Origin: Syncephalis fuscata S228
Taxonomy: Eukaryota; Fungi; Zoopagomycota
Reading direction: 5' to 3'
DNA length: 64,000 nt
NCBI GenBank assembly: GCA_025786725.1
Contig: JAHLTZ010000014.1
Coordinates: forward strand, 248,001 to 312,000
Made by a program: the position numbers and the translations under genes. Numbering within the stretch: position 1 is the first letter of the stretch; each line of letters starts with the position of its first letter. Below, in pieces: positions 11,930 to 24,735 of the stretch. The notes beneath the pieces were generated by a model. The model worked only from the letters and a program-made list of their open reading frames with translations, searched no databases and was not told the origin of the DNA.

Positions 11930-13060
11930 AATGGCATTACTATATTTAGTAATTATAAATTATCTATTTTTTCCCACACTAAATAACTGTAAATGCGCAC
12001 TTTTTTAACCATTATTCCCCACTTGCGCGGGAGATAACTATATAACTAAATAGTTTTTATTCTCAATAAGAAATTTTAAATTCTTTTAACGCATATTGTT
12101 AAACATTGATATATGTTTATAATTGTTGCTCTATTTTTGTTGTTGCTTTCTAATTTACTACAAAGATAAAAACAGATACTATTCAAATAATACGTTTATT
12201 CATTGTTGTTACTGTAATTTGATAATTCTTGCCATCAATTATAGCGTTAATAAGTTTATTTAAATAAACAATATAACATACTATTTGATTTTATTGAAAC
12301 ATTTGAGACTAATTATTATTATTGTTGTTGGCCATGCATAGAAAGATTGCTTGAATATTAATAGAAGCCATATGATTGCGATTCCATATCATTCCGCATT
12401 TATTGTTGTTACATCTATGTACAACATGGATTATTGCATCTGAATGATCTTTTCTATTTTCTAATATTCTAGTATTGTATTTTAGGCATATTTGTGATGT
12501 ATGATCAATATTAATATAATTATTATAAAAGTCGTTTATTAAACAACCACTTTCCTATAGCCAATCTGACTAAATAAATGGCATTTTAAGCAATTAATAT
12601 CATAATGACAATATATGTATATTAAAGCAGTAATAAAGATAACTACTTAATTACATTATTGTATCAATAATTATACATAAATTAATTAATATTGAATGTA
12701 ATATTATACATGTTATAGTAATGAATGGGTGCTTAATTGTATCTAAAAGTGCTGAGGGATGAAATGGATAAATAAAAAACGTAGGAGTCAAGGTACAATA
12801 ACTTCCATATATTAATTTATTAGTAGGCTCATGTGATCCAGTGTCAAAAGACCAAAGCTGACATCCTTTACTTGATTGAACTACACATTTGTTATTCTAC
12901 TAAACATGGAACTGGATGGTGAGTAACATTAAATAATCGAATTATAATGTTTTAAATACTTTACAGCAACAATAACATAAATTAGCATTTATTTATTTAT
13001 TATATTTTATTGCAAGTAGCATGAAATACTATTTAAAATCTATTTTGATATTGAAAATAG
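11930..13060 (+). repeat. Dispersed repeat family, longest copy (putative non-autonomous element)
   Basis: 11930-12255 aligns with 20347-20672; 12245-12350 with the reverse complement of 49270-49376; 12870-13060 with 40855-40945 and the reverse complement of 48785-48965. Confidence 0.75.
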
Positions 13061-13451
13061 TGTAGATTAATTAATATTAATGGATTCAATCAGAGTTGAT
13101 GTGACACTACTTCAACAAACCACTTCAGTAGTAAAAGCTGATTGACGATTTATTATTCGAGTTATGGATCTTTTTATCCTTCAGTTTAAGGATAAGGACT
13201 CAAAGTACAATAGCTCCATATTTATAAATAAAATAATGGCTAAATATGATTATTAAAGATATTGTATAATTTAATGTAAAAGAATAACCAGTACTTTATA
13301 GCTATTTAAATGTAATGATCAAGTATAGACACAATAATAATAATAATAATAATAGACTTGTCGATAATATTAGTTATGATATAGTGCAACCATTTGTATT
13401 CAACATAATGGCAACCAACTAATTGCCAATAACTACTTATGACTAAACTAA

Positions 13452-16400
13452 CTATGATTTTAGTCGGTATTGACCACCGACCCATAGCAGCTTCTCTTCT
13501 GTAACCATGCTATCTAGCATGTCGCGTAGTTCACTCGAACTTTTTGTAAACTTGATTGGCCCTTGTAGAAACATCGTCAGCGTAGTATGAATACGCTCCA
13601 AAGGCTGTGGACCCATGCTGGAAAGCATATTCTTAATAATGTTCCAGTAAAGTTTCGCTTCTTCTTCGGATAGTCCCAAAGCAGCAGCTGCACTGGAAGT
13701 CGATGTGCTTGCTACGCCGTCTCCGTTCGTTTCGTCAGCCAACATAGCACCTAGCAATGCAAGATAGCACAATAGGGTTGCTATGCGTTAGTTTTGTAAT
13801 ACAATATCTATAAGCAATGCTCTTACCTTGCGCGTCTTCATGTTCCTCCAGCGAGGATTGAATCGTAAATCGACCGATACTTTGCTCCTTAAGAATGCCA
13901 TGGCTACACCAAAAATATAAACGCCGTCGTAGTTGCGGTAATGGCATTTGTAGTGTATCAGATAACTCGGATATATCCCAAATATCTATAGCATAAATAT
14001 AGTTATTAATTAACCTACTAATGAGAAAAATAAACTTACCGTGATCGTCAAATGCCATAATGACTGTGGCATGAGGTGGTGAAACATGGAATTCAACTTT
14101 ACGCTCATCAAATTCAAGTTCCAAATGAACACTGCCCACTTGTGGTACCCATTTAAGTTTGCGTCGTGGTTTATAACCGGTAAATGCATCGCTAGATGCT
14201 GTGCATAGCCTTATTATTATTATTATTATTATTAAAAATTAGTTGCTTGTATTGTTGATATAGCTCAAATATACTTACTCATCAATTACATCAGGCAAAT
14301 TAAATGTTTCTGATTTAAATTCTGGCCATGAAAGACGCGAAAGAACAATTGGCCGTAGTAAAGTTGATTCCTATGGCAAATAAAAACAATTATACAATCT
14401 TCCATCAATATAACCTTTTCCAAATCATTATTACTTACATCATCATTTGGAATAATTTGATCTTGGTGTAAGTATTGTTCAAATCGTTTACTATCGGCAA
14501 AATCCTTAATCATCACTTCGCAGGACTGCAAATTCGTTTCACCAAAACGTAGTTTTAACATCTCCAAATTACGGATCTAATTATAGTCAATCAATAGTCC
14601 ATTTACATCTTGATACCATTCAATTTTAATACTCTACCTCTTTTTCCGTATCATAGTCGTCAATAGCCAAAAGACGCTCGGCAAACATCGCTTGGAATGC
14701 TTTTACAAATACATCACGCGTCTTGTATATACTAATCAACATACTGATAGCATCGGCATTACGGCGATGAAGTGTATCCAATCCTGTTGCAATGTTTAAA
14801 AGATCATGTCGGATGGTTAGTATTAAGTAGCACTTTGCTATACCGTTATACTCACGAGGTCCAGCATCAATGGGGATCGGTTCCCAATCAGCATCATCGC
14901 CATCTTCATCTTCTGAATCGGATGTATAGCCACCTTGCATAGCATCACCAGCCGTTAATTCCTCGATCAGATCTGACCTTGACTCGTTCATTAAATCCTC
15001 AGCAATACATCGAATGGTATCGTCTCGCTGACTATAGTAAATGAATTGGCATTTGTTTTATAATTACTACTAGTCTTACCGAAGATAATTACGCACTGGA
15101 TCAGCCACTCGTTCTAACAAAGTACCGGGTGGATCAATAAAGCGAAGACATCGAATCATTGACACATAATGCATAAGAATGTCCGAAGTATCTGCGCCGG
15201 GGTGTAAAAGACGCTTTTCAAGTCTAATTTTGTCTCGCTGTTTAACTATTGAATTCATAATAGCTAAATATACTTACGAAATTGACAAAGCTGCCACTAA
15301 TTGATCTCGTTGACGTGGTGTTTTTAAACAAATCTATTTAAATTAAATATATCAGTTGTCAAAGTGTTTAATCACTTTCTCAACTACCTTTAAATCTTCT
15401 AATGCACCTTTACAAGCTGGATATTCAACAATAATATTAAATAGCTCAGAAATCCTTAATGATTTGTTAGTAATAGATTATTATTATCATTAGCATTACT
15501 ATTATTATTATCATTATTACATATTTAAACTTACCGAATGTTTGCCAAACTACGCGAAAGATGAATGGCCAATGTATCGCGCCAAGTAAAAAAAGAACTA
15601 TTTTCACGCATTCCTATTCAAATACATTAACAGCTATATCCGCTATGACTATTTACTTACCATAGTAAAATAAATAGTAAATCCAAGGCAATAGCACATG
15701 ATTTAGCCAATAATTGCACTGAGAATAGACCGATGTATCAAAAGAGCCACGCGTCATTGAATAGACCAAATACTCCATAGCTTGGGTTGATACTTTAATA
15801 ACAATTTGACGCAGCCATTGGCCATCTACCACGGTCAACTGTTCACGTATTTGACGCATCTCTTTCAGTGCTTCTATTTGTTGAGATCGTTCTTCAGAGT
15901 GTGTACGATAAATAGAAGCATCATGAGATACTGATTGCAGCTCATTAGAGATTTTATCTAATGCAGATATTAACTCTGTAGGTTGGGTAACTTTTGGTAA
16001 TGGTAAATGATCTATGTCACGCTGTATATCTTCAAATGTTTGTAACAGATTACGCGAGTAATAAAATGCCATGGGCCATAGACTACTTGGTAAAAGTGTT
16101 TTAATAACTCCCTGTACTCTACTCATAAATTGGTCATGCTGTGACGATCTATACATTGTCAGTCATTATCATTAGCAGTTGATAGTTGTCGTATTCATTT
16201 ATATAGTTACTCTAGAAATAACGATGCTCGCCTGTCAATTCGATTAACCGCTGCCAAAATCAATCGATTCAGATGAAGAAACGTTTCGGATATCCACGAA
16301 AGTAGTTCTGGCTGTTCCCATAGCTCATTACCCTCCGTATCTATGGTAATACGCTCCTAGTTGATGCTATTTAGACTAAATTCTATATAAACAGTATATC

Positions 16401-16846
16401 CTACCCAATATTGTTGATCAGCTAAAGCAATTTCTTGAGACAAACTACTGACAAGTTGTTGCTGCGCCACCTCTAGTCAATTGGTTATCAATTTATTAAT
16501 AGCTGTATAATAGTACTTGTTAATAGATACTTGCCTGTTAAATAGTCAAGAAACTGTGTCCAAAGATTAAGCTGCCGTATACTAGTACGTAGCGAGTTCG
16601 CTTGAGCCTTTGCTAGCACTACAAACATACAAACATCAGTAAAAGTATTCGATAATCAATACAGCCAGAATCCACCTTCGTTCGATTGAAGAAGACGCGG
16701 TATATTCTCCCATAGCTTAATAGTATTCATTAGCTGTCGTCAATATTTATTAGATTACTTACTTGAGAGATCTCTATAATGCTACTCTCCTCTAAAGTGG
16801 CCGAACTAGGCTGTTTTTGTCTAGAATTATGTGTTCTATTCGTCAT
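13452..16846 (-). CDS. APC2: Anaphase-promoting complex subunit 2 (cullin-like), multi-exon
   Basis: RLLHPGADTSDIL, LRFIDPPG, WEPIPIDA, LKLRFGE..LQSCEVMIKD, C-terminal WHB (YWNIIKNML...LERIH). Confidence 0.95.
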
Positions 16847-17009
16847 ATTCAAAAAGTGCAATACGCGCAATAAAACAATGACAACAACAGAATTGGGCAG
16901 ACGTGCCTTTTACTTTTGCATTCCTTAAGATTCCATACTTTTGTTACTTCTTTATTAACTACTTTTTATTGGCCATAACAATTACGACTTTCTTGGAAAT
17001 AAGAGCAAT

Positions 17010-18337
17010 ATGCATCGACGACAAAGACCGCAGGAAGGCGTTTTGATTGACCAGGAGAATGCAGGCATGCTAGGCCGAACACCGGGCGTGTCTCGCGGTA
17101 TTCTATCGGCCAAAATGGATTCCAATTCACTGGCATTTAAAACACCAAATCCTCGCTTGGGTACGTTGCTTTGTATAACCTAACTATGCGGTGCTTGATA
17201 CCGTATACTAACGATGTAGCGGTGTAGCTGACACCAAGGCAATGAATACAGCAATGGCAGCACCAATCAATAAACGGCGTCTACTAGGTGATATTACCAA
17301 TGCAACACCTTATGTTCAAACAGTCGAGAAATCAAGCCATTTACCATCGGCACGGTCTCAAGTAAATATGCGTAGGCAAAGTGGACAGTATTTACCAAAT
17401 ACCAGATCTACAACAACACCCACTGCAACATCCACCATGTCTACTGTAACAATTGTAGATACGACAATTGACGAGAACATTGAGTACATGCCACCACGAT
17501 CATCAGGTGATTAAATATAATTACTTTACTTTGATATTTATAGTTGCTATTTAATTAATTAGAATTACCATTCAAAGCGGAACTACCTCTTAATTGGCAT
17601 CGGTTGACTGGTCCTGATAATCCACAAAGCTGCCATTTCCGTCGTGATAACAATAGTAGTAGTATGTCACTTAATGATTGGTCATTGAGTCGAGTGCCAG
17701 AAACATTACGGACACCATTTAGACTAAAAGATAGTAAGTAATTCAATGGATTAAAACACACAGTATAACTTTACAATCAATAGAAGGTTTATTCTACCAA
17801 AATAACCGGCATTTGCTAGTTGATATTGAGCCTCTAGTGATTAACGATGATGAATTGAGTCTTTCAAATTTGCTACATCCGATTGAATTTCCTATTCCTG
17901 ACTCATACACAAAACGTCTTCTGCCAAGTACAGTCTACGCTGCTAACGATAGACGCAGTTCTTTTGGAAAGCCTCAAATTAACAATCAGCAGGCTGGTCG
18001 TAGTCGTAGGCATGGCTCTAGCTATTCAAATCAATCTGGCTATAGTCGTATAGCGTTTTCAGCAAGTAAACGATCCTCTCGGACTCAGCGTTTTCCCTCG
18101 CGCTTACCTGTGCTGTCTAAACTAAAGGCTCGCCACGATGTACAACCATCATTGTTGTATGATCATAAGCCTTATACTGGCTATCGTAGCACTACAACAA
18201 CCGTAACATCATCCAATTATGATAATCTAGACCACAGTAGTCGTTCGAGAATACCTCGATATCATAACCTGACTGCCTCTGCATTAAATGCAATGCATTC
18301 GAAGGATACAACATCTAGCAAACGTTATCAGCGATGA
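17010..18337 (+). CDS. Securin-like (Pds1/Cut2-like) protein, 4 exons
   Basis: N-terminal IDQEN (KEN-like); D-box RRLLGDITN (~17275); ENIEYMPPRSS|ELPF resembling the separase-binding DIEYMPP motif; otherwise low complexity. Confidence 0.7.
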
Positions 18338-18483
18338 AATAGTAAATAGTTGCTTTCTGATTATAAATAATAAATATATAGCATTGCTTTAAAATACATT
18401 GATTTAACATTGTAAATAAGAAAACAAGAAATAGTTAAATAACACTCTTTATTATTTATCGCTAATAATAAATAAAAAAATAA

Positions 18484-19179
18484 CTAGAGATTGAGTAGCA
18501 TTGCACTAACTGCAACAAAGGCCGTCGAACCAATTATGGCTGAATTGGAGATATAGTAGGTGGGACTTGTAGATGATGATGAATATTTTTTGTCAGCTTC
18601 ATCGCACATTTCCAGCGTGTTTTTAGCTTTTGCTGCTAATTCACTGGCAATATCATTGGCAAACGAGTTTGCTCTAATAGGCTTCCAAGTAAGCCTTGGT
18701 TCGAAGAGAGAACGTTCACAGGCTTGGCATGTCTTTATGTTGGAGTCATTATACGTCTTGTGGTTACAATACGTGCCATCGATTTCTTTTTTACAACCAT
18801 AGTCTCTTATCAGTGGATAGACCAGCCAATCCGCATAAAAGTTCCAGATTTTTGTCTGTTTCTTCTCCAGCTCGCTTTTGCACGAGCTTTCGAGCGTATC
18901 AAGTGCTTTATTAACTTGAGTATCCGCACAACGATGACCAGGTGCGCCGTCACTTGGCGCCTCACATACGGATCTACTGGCGGCAGGCGTTGTGGCATTT
19001 AGTAGAGTTTTAAAACACTCTGGCTTTAAATCGGTGCTGCTCAGTGCTTTTTGACAGTTTTCTGAAATAGTCGAGGACTTGGATTTGGCAGGCACGGTAC
19101 TATTGGTATTTGAAGCCTGCCCCATGGCTGCGCCTACAATAGCCAGGATCGGAATAAGTGTTTTCAATGAAAGAAACAT
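18484..19179 (-). CDS. Secreted, probably GPI-anchored Cys-rich surface protein
   Basis: Signal peptide, 10 Cys, Ser/Thr-rich linker, hydrophobic C-terminal tail; single exon. Confidence 0.75.
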   Translation of the reverse strand: MFLSLKTLIPILAIVGAAMGQASNTNSTVPAKSKSSTISENCQKALSSTDLKPECFKTLLNATTPAASRSVCEAPSDGAPGHRCADTQVNKALDTLESSCKSELEKKQTKIWNFYADWLVYPLIRDYGCKKEIDGTYCNHKTYNDSNIKTCQACERSLFEPRLTWKPIRANSFANDIASELAAKAKNTLEMCDEADKKYSSSSTSPTYYISNSAIIGSTAFVAVSAMLLNL

Positions 19180-20346
19180 GCTAAATAAAAAAATAAAAAA
19201 TGCAATGATTTGAAAGGAAGCTGGTAATTTGCAAGTGTTATTTTACAAGCAAGTGTTATTTTGATGCAGGTTTAAATAACTGAAGAGGTGCAGCTCAATG
19301 TAATCTTTTTGGTAAGACAATATTATAACTAGGTGAAGGTTGAATCAACTAAAGCATTGTCTAGAGTTGTGAACAAACTAAACTGTAGTCATCGGACACC
19401 TTTGCTGTTTGTCGAATATACATCTAGCCTGTATTATCTAGTAAAATATTACACCAATAATATTTGATGATTAAAGCTATGAATAAAATTACTGTTATAA
19501 ATTGTTCTAAAAATACTACTGCTTTGTCTTAGTATCCAACATAATTGATCAGTGACTGATGGCAACAAGTAATTTTTAGACAAAAAAGTAATAAAATGTT
19601 ACACACGCTTCTTTGTTCATTTCTAATAATAAATGTAAATAGACTGTTAGAGCAATAACAAAAAAGTAAACAGCGTCACAGTAATTACAACAAAAAATTC
19701 TATGTCTTTGCTTAAATGACCATTTTTACAATAAGATAGACAACAAAGAAATCGATTGCTTGTTGCACAGAAATAATAAAGTGTTTAGTATATTTCGGCT
19801 TTTACAGATTGCTGTGTATTTTGAATTTATATGTAGTATGCTTTGGATATCGTTTTTGCAAACGATTAATCTATTGATTTAATTAATGGTACTTATCTAT
19901 ATGTTATTTATGATATTTGAAGATTACTAAAATATGATTATTAAATATGACAATAAAAGCTATCCGGTTCCTTCATTATTTATTATAGCAGACGCCATTG
20001 AACTGATTTCTATTGCAGCTTTTTGGATATAAGAAGATAGTTATATGAATAGCATTACTTTTACTATTTATTAAAGTATAGCTAATATTATTTCTATTTA
20101 TTTGTTTTATTGCTCTTATAATAATTAACCATCTGTTATTTTATAGCATTGCAACTATCACAGTTATTATTACTTGTTGTGCATGACAATAACATTGATT
20201 GTACTTAAATCACACAATAACAGATACTAAATATTTAGTCTGCTGGTTATTTTAAGTCAGGACATGACTAAAGTTATTACTGCATGTTATTCTAAACTGC
20301 ACCTTTTTATCTTCAAAATCAAAGCAGATTTAAATTAGCTTAATAG

Positions 20347-20672
20347 CTGGTGTTTCCATATTAAATAACTGTAAATTATCTATCTTTCTACACTAAATAA
20401 TTGTAGCTACATGCTTTTTACTATATTTCATGCGCTATTTTTTGTATAAATGGAAATGGTTATATAAAAATGAGGGTTTATTAGCAATAAAAGTATTAGA
20501 ATTTTCTAACTCATATTGTTACATATTTACGTATGTTTATAATTGTCATTTTATTTTTATGTAACTTTATAGTTCATCACAAAAACAAAACAAATGCTAT
20601 TCAAAGCATATGCTATCTATTACCACTGCTGTAATTTCACAAGTATTTATATCAATTATAGCGTTAATAGAT
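20347..20672 (+). repeat. Dispersed repeat family, 5' part
   Basis: Collinear with 11930-12255 (aaattatctat..acactaaataa; tatgtttataattg; atcaattatagcgttaata). Confidence 0.8.
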
Positions 20673-20941
20673 CATATAGTTATTTTGTATCAATCAACTA
20701 GCTATTAATAATTTAAAAGCTTTATATTTCTATCAACAACTCGATGTACTTTTATACTCCATTTATAAATAGGATACTAGTAATATCAATCTTTAATGGA
20801 TTGATGCAGTCGTGTAACCGCCGTGTCTTAAACAGGTCAAAGATGTTCATGGCCATGCAGCGCCCTTTTCTTTCTACTTGTACCCACTATTGTTCCTCTT
20901 GTCTATTGCTTACCAATTCTAACATTTATTTCTAGCTAGTC

Positions 20942-23010
20942 ATGAATTTACGCACTAATAATGGATGTTTATGGCAAAATCACGACATTTTATTGTATTT
21001 GTGTCAATTTATCGATGGCCAAGAATTAATACTTTTTGCAACCAGCTGTCGACTTATTTATCAAACAATAGTTGATCGGCCTGATTATTGGGAACGACGA
21101 TATAAAAGTGTATTTTCATTAGGTGATCGGCGTGAACAAGAATGGCTTACATGGTATAATTGGCACATTAATCCTACAACAAACTTAAAATCTATACCCG
21201 ATGTAAATCAGGCAAAACAAAAACATTTATTATCACCTGCCATTACAAATATTAATACTACTGATAATGGATACGCATTATCTACTAGTTATTTGCAATA
21301 CATTCCTAATTTCGATGCCACTCGATGGTTTTATGCTTATCAAAAACGTCGACAAACCAATAGCAACTTTATGGCAGGCCGATTCAAAAAGCAGATATGC
21401 CAATTTCCAATCGATGAACACGCTGGACTAGAATTATTTGAGGCAAATCCTTGGTATGCATTATTATTAGACAAGAACGAGGGTAGGCTTTGGTCAATTC
21501 AACATGATGTCTTTAGTAAGAAAAATAAGGACATTAGTAATGGATTGGCATGGAAGGAATTGAATATTCCATTACCGCCATCGTTATTTGAATTCAAAGA
21601 CGCGATTTCCTATGGCTATGGGTTACGTCGGTTTGTTGTGGCTTCCGTTGTTTTAATGACATATGACGACGTGGCGCCTGTGGCTATTGGCGATCCAATA
21701 GGTAAATAATAAACACCAACACTAATGATTATGTCACATATTTATTAATACCATTAAAAATAGTAAATATAGATGAATTGGAAGCACAGTATATTAGAGA
21801 AAATGAATCTAAAGTTTTTAACACTTTAAATGGACGCACTAATATTCCCTCGGCCATTACACTCTTAAATGAACGAGAAAGTGACTTGCGCAAAGCCGTT
21901 CTAGTATGGCCTAATACTGGCAACTCATCTCCCAGTATTATTTATCTTGGACACGGATATCAAGACGGAGGAAAGGAAGAGAAACACTATCTTTCTGACA
22001 TTTATAATGAATGGGTGCTTTTTCGTACTGGTTATCCACTGTATCCATACCAGCAGCTTGATTTATTTGATTTGGATGGAAACCAATGGATAAAAGGACC
22101 AGAGTTAGGTGATTATAGTTTATCTTCTTGTATCCAGTTTGCTTCTTGCAACCAATGCCAATTTCTGGTGTGTAAAATGGTACATGAAGCTAAAAAGCTT
22201 GATCCTGCCTCTATTTTTATAACCACTCAAGATTCACAAGCTGTTAAAAGTGATTATCAATCATCTTACATTCGATGGGAGTTATTTAACGCTTTAAAGG
22301 GTCAATCTCAATGTGAAGTAATATTATCGAATCAAATTACCATTCTATACTGGCCAAACGCCACAATTCAGGTCAAGACATACACAGAAAGAATGTGTAT
22401 AATTACTGTAGATCATTCGAACTATAATGAATATGGCATTGATGGCAGAGCATTAAATATTTTAATGTTGTTTTTTGTATTTGGAAAGGATGCAGCGAAC
22501 ACTTCATCACAATCATTATTTGACGCTAGAGATTACGGCGAACTACTGCCAATTGACAGTTCAGACCAAGGACATATACTATGGAGTCGGCATATACATA
22601 ATGGCTTTTTTACAAACCTCTATAGTGAAAAGCTGATTATTCTTCAAAACAATGAAACATTTGATGTACTGGATGCTCGAGATGGAAATCTGTTGCGTTC
22701 AATTGCTTGTCCGTTCCGCGCAAAACTTACTCCATTTCTTGGATCTCTATGCGAGCTGTTTAGCTGGGATTACAAAGAAAATTGGTATATTGATATGTGC
22801 ACTGGCCGTATTTACAAACCACCAGCTTGTCTTACTAGCAGAAAAGCCAAGGACGACACTAAAGATAGATTTGCAGGTCCCATTGAAGTGTCGCATTTAC
22901 CGGCTGCAAAAAAAGACAGGACGTGGAACTACCCGGAATACAATGTATCAAACGCCGTTATTAATAGAATTAATATAAAAGATGGGCAATACGAAGTATA
23001 TATGTTATAA
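20942..23010 (+). CDS. F-box domain protein, 2 exons (intron 21702 to 21763 or 21772)
   Basis: N-terminal DILLYLCQFIDGQELILFATSCRLIYQ...YW F-box pattern; a GT-AG intron joins the two long ORFs in frame. Confidence 0.75.
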
Positions 23011-23034
23011 ATAAAGCTTTATTTGCAAACATTA

Positions 23035-23150
23035 ATACATTTAAACTAAACCTTCGATCTATTGAACATGATGATGAGTGATAAGTAGCATCAATCATCA
23101 AAATACTCATCATCATAGATTTACTATCCAGTATGTATATATCCAGTATA
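23035..23150 (+). repeat. Dispersed repeat family, 3' part
   Basis: ctattgaacatgatgatgagtgataagtagcatcaatcatcaaaata... matches 40860-40925 and 4160-4250. Confidence 0.75.
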
Positions 23151-23434
23151 TATACAGTACTTTTGAGCATAATTATGTTAATTTGGATTGTGTACTCGAT
23201 ATTATGTTGTTTGATTTCTATCTATCCTGAGTATATAGCCATAATTTATAACACTAAAGAAACATTAGAATTAATCAATAGTAAAATAAATCTAATAAAA
23301 ATCAATTCACCTCTTTTTTAAAATACTTGCTGCTTTGTTGTTCTTTTAACAAATACGTTGGTAGAATATCACCTGTTACTTTATATATACTAAGAACAGC
23401 CACAGTCATCCTATAGCATAGTACCTATTAAAGT

Positions 23435-24713
23435 ATGAATATTCTTCATCATAAAAGGCAAGTTAAATGCTGTTAAACAACAGGCATTAAATAGCTTATA
23501 TGTAAGTTTAGTTGGCACGTTTACAATGCAAAGAATCGTGAACGAGTTCGACAAGATGAAGAAAAGGCCCAGGCCGAAGAAGACAAGAAAAAGGAACGAA
23601 TTCAGATTGCCGTAAGTATTTATTATCTACATCAATACTAAATAACTCTATAATAATAGGAACGAGAAGATCGGCTAACGCTATTACGAGCCAAAGCTGC
23701 AAAACGCTATGGAACTGCATCAACAGATATTACGAGTAACGGCACAGAGGACGCCTCTTTTATTGATACTAGTACTGTCGAATTATCTATAGTAGAAAGC
23801 AATATAGTCGATGATGTACAGTCTAGTAGCCAAGATATTCATTCCAACAAACTACCCTCTAGCACAAATCTCGAACATATTAACCTGTTCAAAGAGGAAG
23901 AGGAGAAAGCAGCAGCAGCAAACAATAAAGAGGCAGTTAAATCATCCAAATCAACGCCCGTTAAACCTATGCCCAATGATTGTTTTGGTCAACTTGTTAA
24001 AGGTAAGTTATTATATGTGTTTATTACAATTAAATAATAATTTTATATTAGGCCGTGAACCGTGGTATATACATCGATCAACAACCATCAAATCAACAAG
24101 TGAAAATGATAGTAATAGGAGAAAATCACGGCTTTCAAGGTAAGCTATTTTAATGAATACCAACTGCTATTTAATCTAATAAATATGCATTTGTTATTAG
24201 ACCCGTTATTGCTCCTTCAATGATGTTGGAAGATCCTATGACGAACATGCGCCGTCATCGTAACCGTAATGGGAACGAACATAAAACAAAACATGCATCT
24301 AAAACTATTGATACTAAAACTGCTACATCAATTGGTTCGGTAAGTAGTTGTGATTAAATTGTGAATGTTGCTAACACACTATAAAGGGGGCAATAGAATC
24401 AACCAAGGGCAATAGCATTGAACAGTTACGAAAAGAGCGACTTGAACGGGAAAAGAGAGAACAAAAGCGTGCCAATGAACTATTAGGCATTGGACCAATT
24501 AGACTGAATGAACGCGATGCAATCTATCATTCACAGTATAATCCAGAATTGACACAACATGCACATCGTCATAATTCCCGACCATCATCATCTTCAACAA
24601 CGGATAGGAATGCAAGTCGATCGCATCGTTATTATAATGATCGTGATCATAAGAGTGATAGAAAGACACAATCACGTCGATCACGTTATCATTCTGACCA
24701 TCGTCCATATTAA
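23435..24713 (+). CDS. LENG1/Saf4-like spliceosome-associated protein (Cir_N domain), multi-exon
   Basis: MNILHHKS|WHVYNAKNRERVRQDEE (GC-AG intron 23458-23511); IEQLRKERLERE; YHSQYNPEL. Confidence 0.85.
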
Positions 24714-24735
24714 GATTACTTTATTAATGAAGAAA

